NCBI GenBank assembly: GCA_044892525.1
Contig: CM097886.1
Span: forward strand, 164,040,312 to 164,104,311
Direction: 5' to 3'
From: Schmidtea polychroa
Lineage: Eukaryota
Length of the DNA: 64,000 bases
Positions 63,260-64,000 of the stretch are shown one piece after another. Both the position numbers and the translations under genes were made by a program. The notes beneath the pieces are model-generated. The model was not told the origin of the DNA and did no database searches. It saw only the letters and a list, made by a program, of their open reading frames with translations. Every line of letters starts with the position of its first letter. The first letter of the stretch is position 1.

Positions 63260-64000
63260 CAGAAAATTTGATGGGATATCCTCAAGGGGCAGAAAAGTGG
63301 GAGAATGTTGGAGGGGTAAGCGAGAAAGTATACAGGTTCCTAAAGAGAAAAATGTTTGAAGAGGAAGTGGAAAGAATTGGAACCATTGAAACGGAGCAGG
63401 TTGTTGAAATTTTGTATAACAGAATGCAAGGAAGACCTAGTATAACAGTAAGGATGAATGGGGAAAATTTCGACTGTTTATTAGACACTGGGGCAAAAAT
63501 CAATGTAATGAGTGTGAACTGTTTCAACAAGCTACGAGGACAACAATTGACGAAAAGTGACGATAAGTTACGATGCGCAAACGAGAGTACGATCGAGACA
63601 ATAGGAAAAACGAAGGTGCAAGTAACCATTGGAAATGTTTCGAAGGAAGTTATATTCATTGTGGCGGAGAAAGTGACACCAGACGTGATTGGAGGAATCG
63701 AATTACAAGAAACATTTGGATTTAGACTGTATAAAATTAAAGATATCGAGGTTAGTGAAAAAGACAGGAACTATATTTGTAACATTGAAGCAAAATTTGG
63801 CAGAAAAATAAAGGATGAAGAACGATTGATACGAGCGTTGGAGCAGTTAAAGATCAATGAAGATAGCAAATTAAAGGAAATTATAACAAACAGTGGAAAC
63901 GTGTTTATGGCAGATAAATGGGATGTGGGTCGCACACATTTGGTAAAACACAAGATAGTTACAAGAGGTGAGCCGATAAACATAAAATCATATCGCCAAC
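63199..64000 (+). CDS. pol: Pol (protease, start of RT), in the -1 frame relative to gag, partial
   Basis: Frame open from 63199 to the window end; LLDTGAKINV protease motif at ~63478; HKIVTRGEPINIKSYRQ pre-RT motif. Confidence 0.9.
63208..63250 (+). promoter_or_regulatory. -1 programmed ribosomal frameshift signal
   Basis: C CCA AAC slippery heptamer in the gag frame, 5-nt spacer, stem GGCTCCA(63220-26)/TGGAGCC(63244-50) extendable by 4 bp past a bulge. Confidence 0.8.

Larger units (their letters stand above)
61981..64000 (+). mobile_element. Ty3/gypsy-like LTR retrotransposon, 5' part (runs off window)
   Basis: Short LTR, primer-binding site (PBS), gag with CCHC knuckles, aspartic protease and the start of RT, in that order. 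Confidence 0.92.

Noticed and set aside
62500-63983. Minus-strand ORFs over gag/pol (62500..62721, 62583..63074, 62852..63106, 63067..63252, 63282..63659, 63771..63983)
   Set aside because: Antisense shadows of A-rich gag and pol coding sequence.
1-64000. CRISPR arrays, operons, rRNA and tRNA genes
   Set aside because: None seen. The tandem repeats have no unique spacers and the gene structure is eukaryotic.

Overview
AT-rich animal genomic DNA with very short (42-50 nt) introns. The gene content and style suggest a free-living flatworm such as a planarian (inference only). Host genes: the last exon of a tachykinin-receptor-like GPCR (~1983-2181), an intronless six-EF-hand calbindin/Cbp53E-like gene (-), a 7-exon RBBP6 (+), an intronless TMX2 (-), two convergent 411-aa innexin paralogues ~10 kb apart, and a 2-exon class A GPCR. 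The rest is dense, often nested transposable element (TE) sequence: a near-intact hAT element with a perfect 8-bp target-site duplication (TSD), further hAT, piggyBac, Tigger and Tc1 remnants and MITEs, a Polinton/Maverick remnant, several TG...CA solo-LTR-like units delimited by TSDs, and the 5' end of a Ty3/gypsy element (LTR, tRNA-Leu primer-binding site, gag, -1 frameshift signal, pol). The most unusual signals are three. (1) A 6.1-kb solo-LTR-like unit carries an antisense cassette in which one short coding exon is in phase with two alternative terminal exons (an AT-hook protein and a coiled-coil protein). (2) An unrelated 917-bp solo LTR also carries a long antisense ORF. (3) The inverted innexin pair is a mosaic of nucleotide-identical and strongly diverged blocks, consistent with ongoing gene conversion that spares four modules. 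No rRNA, tRNA or CRISPR features were seen. All homology calls are motif recognition by eye; no database search was run.
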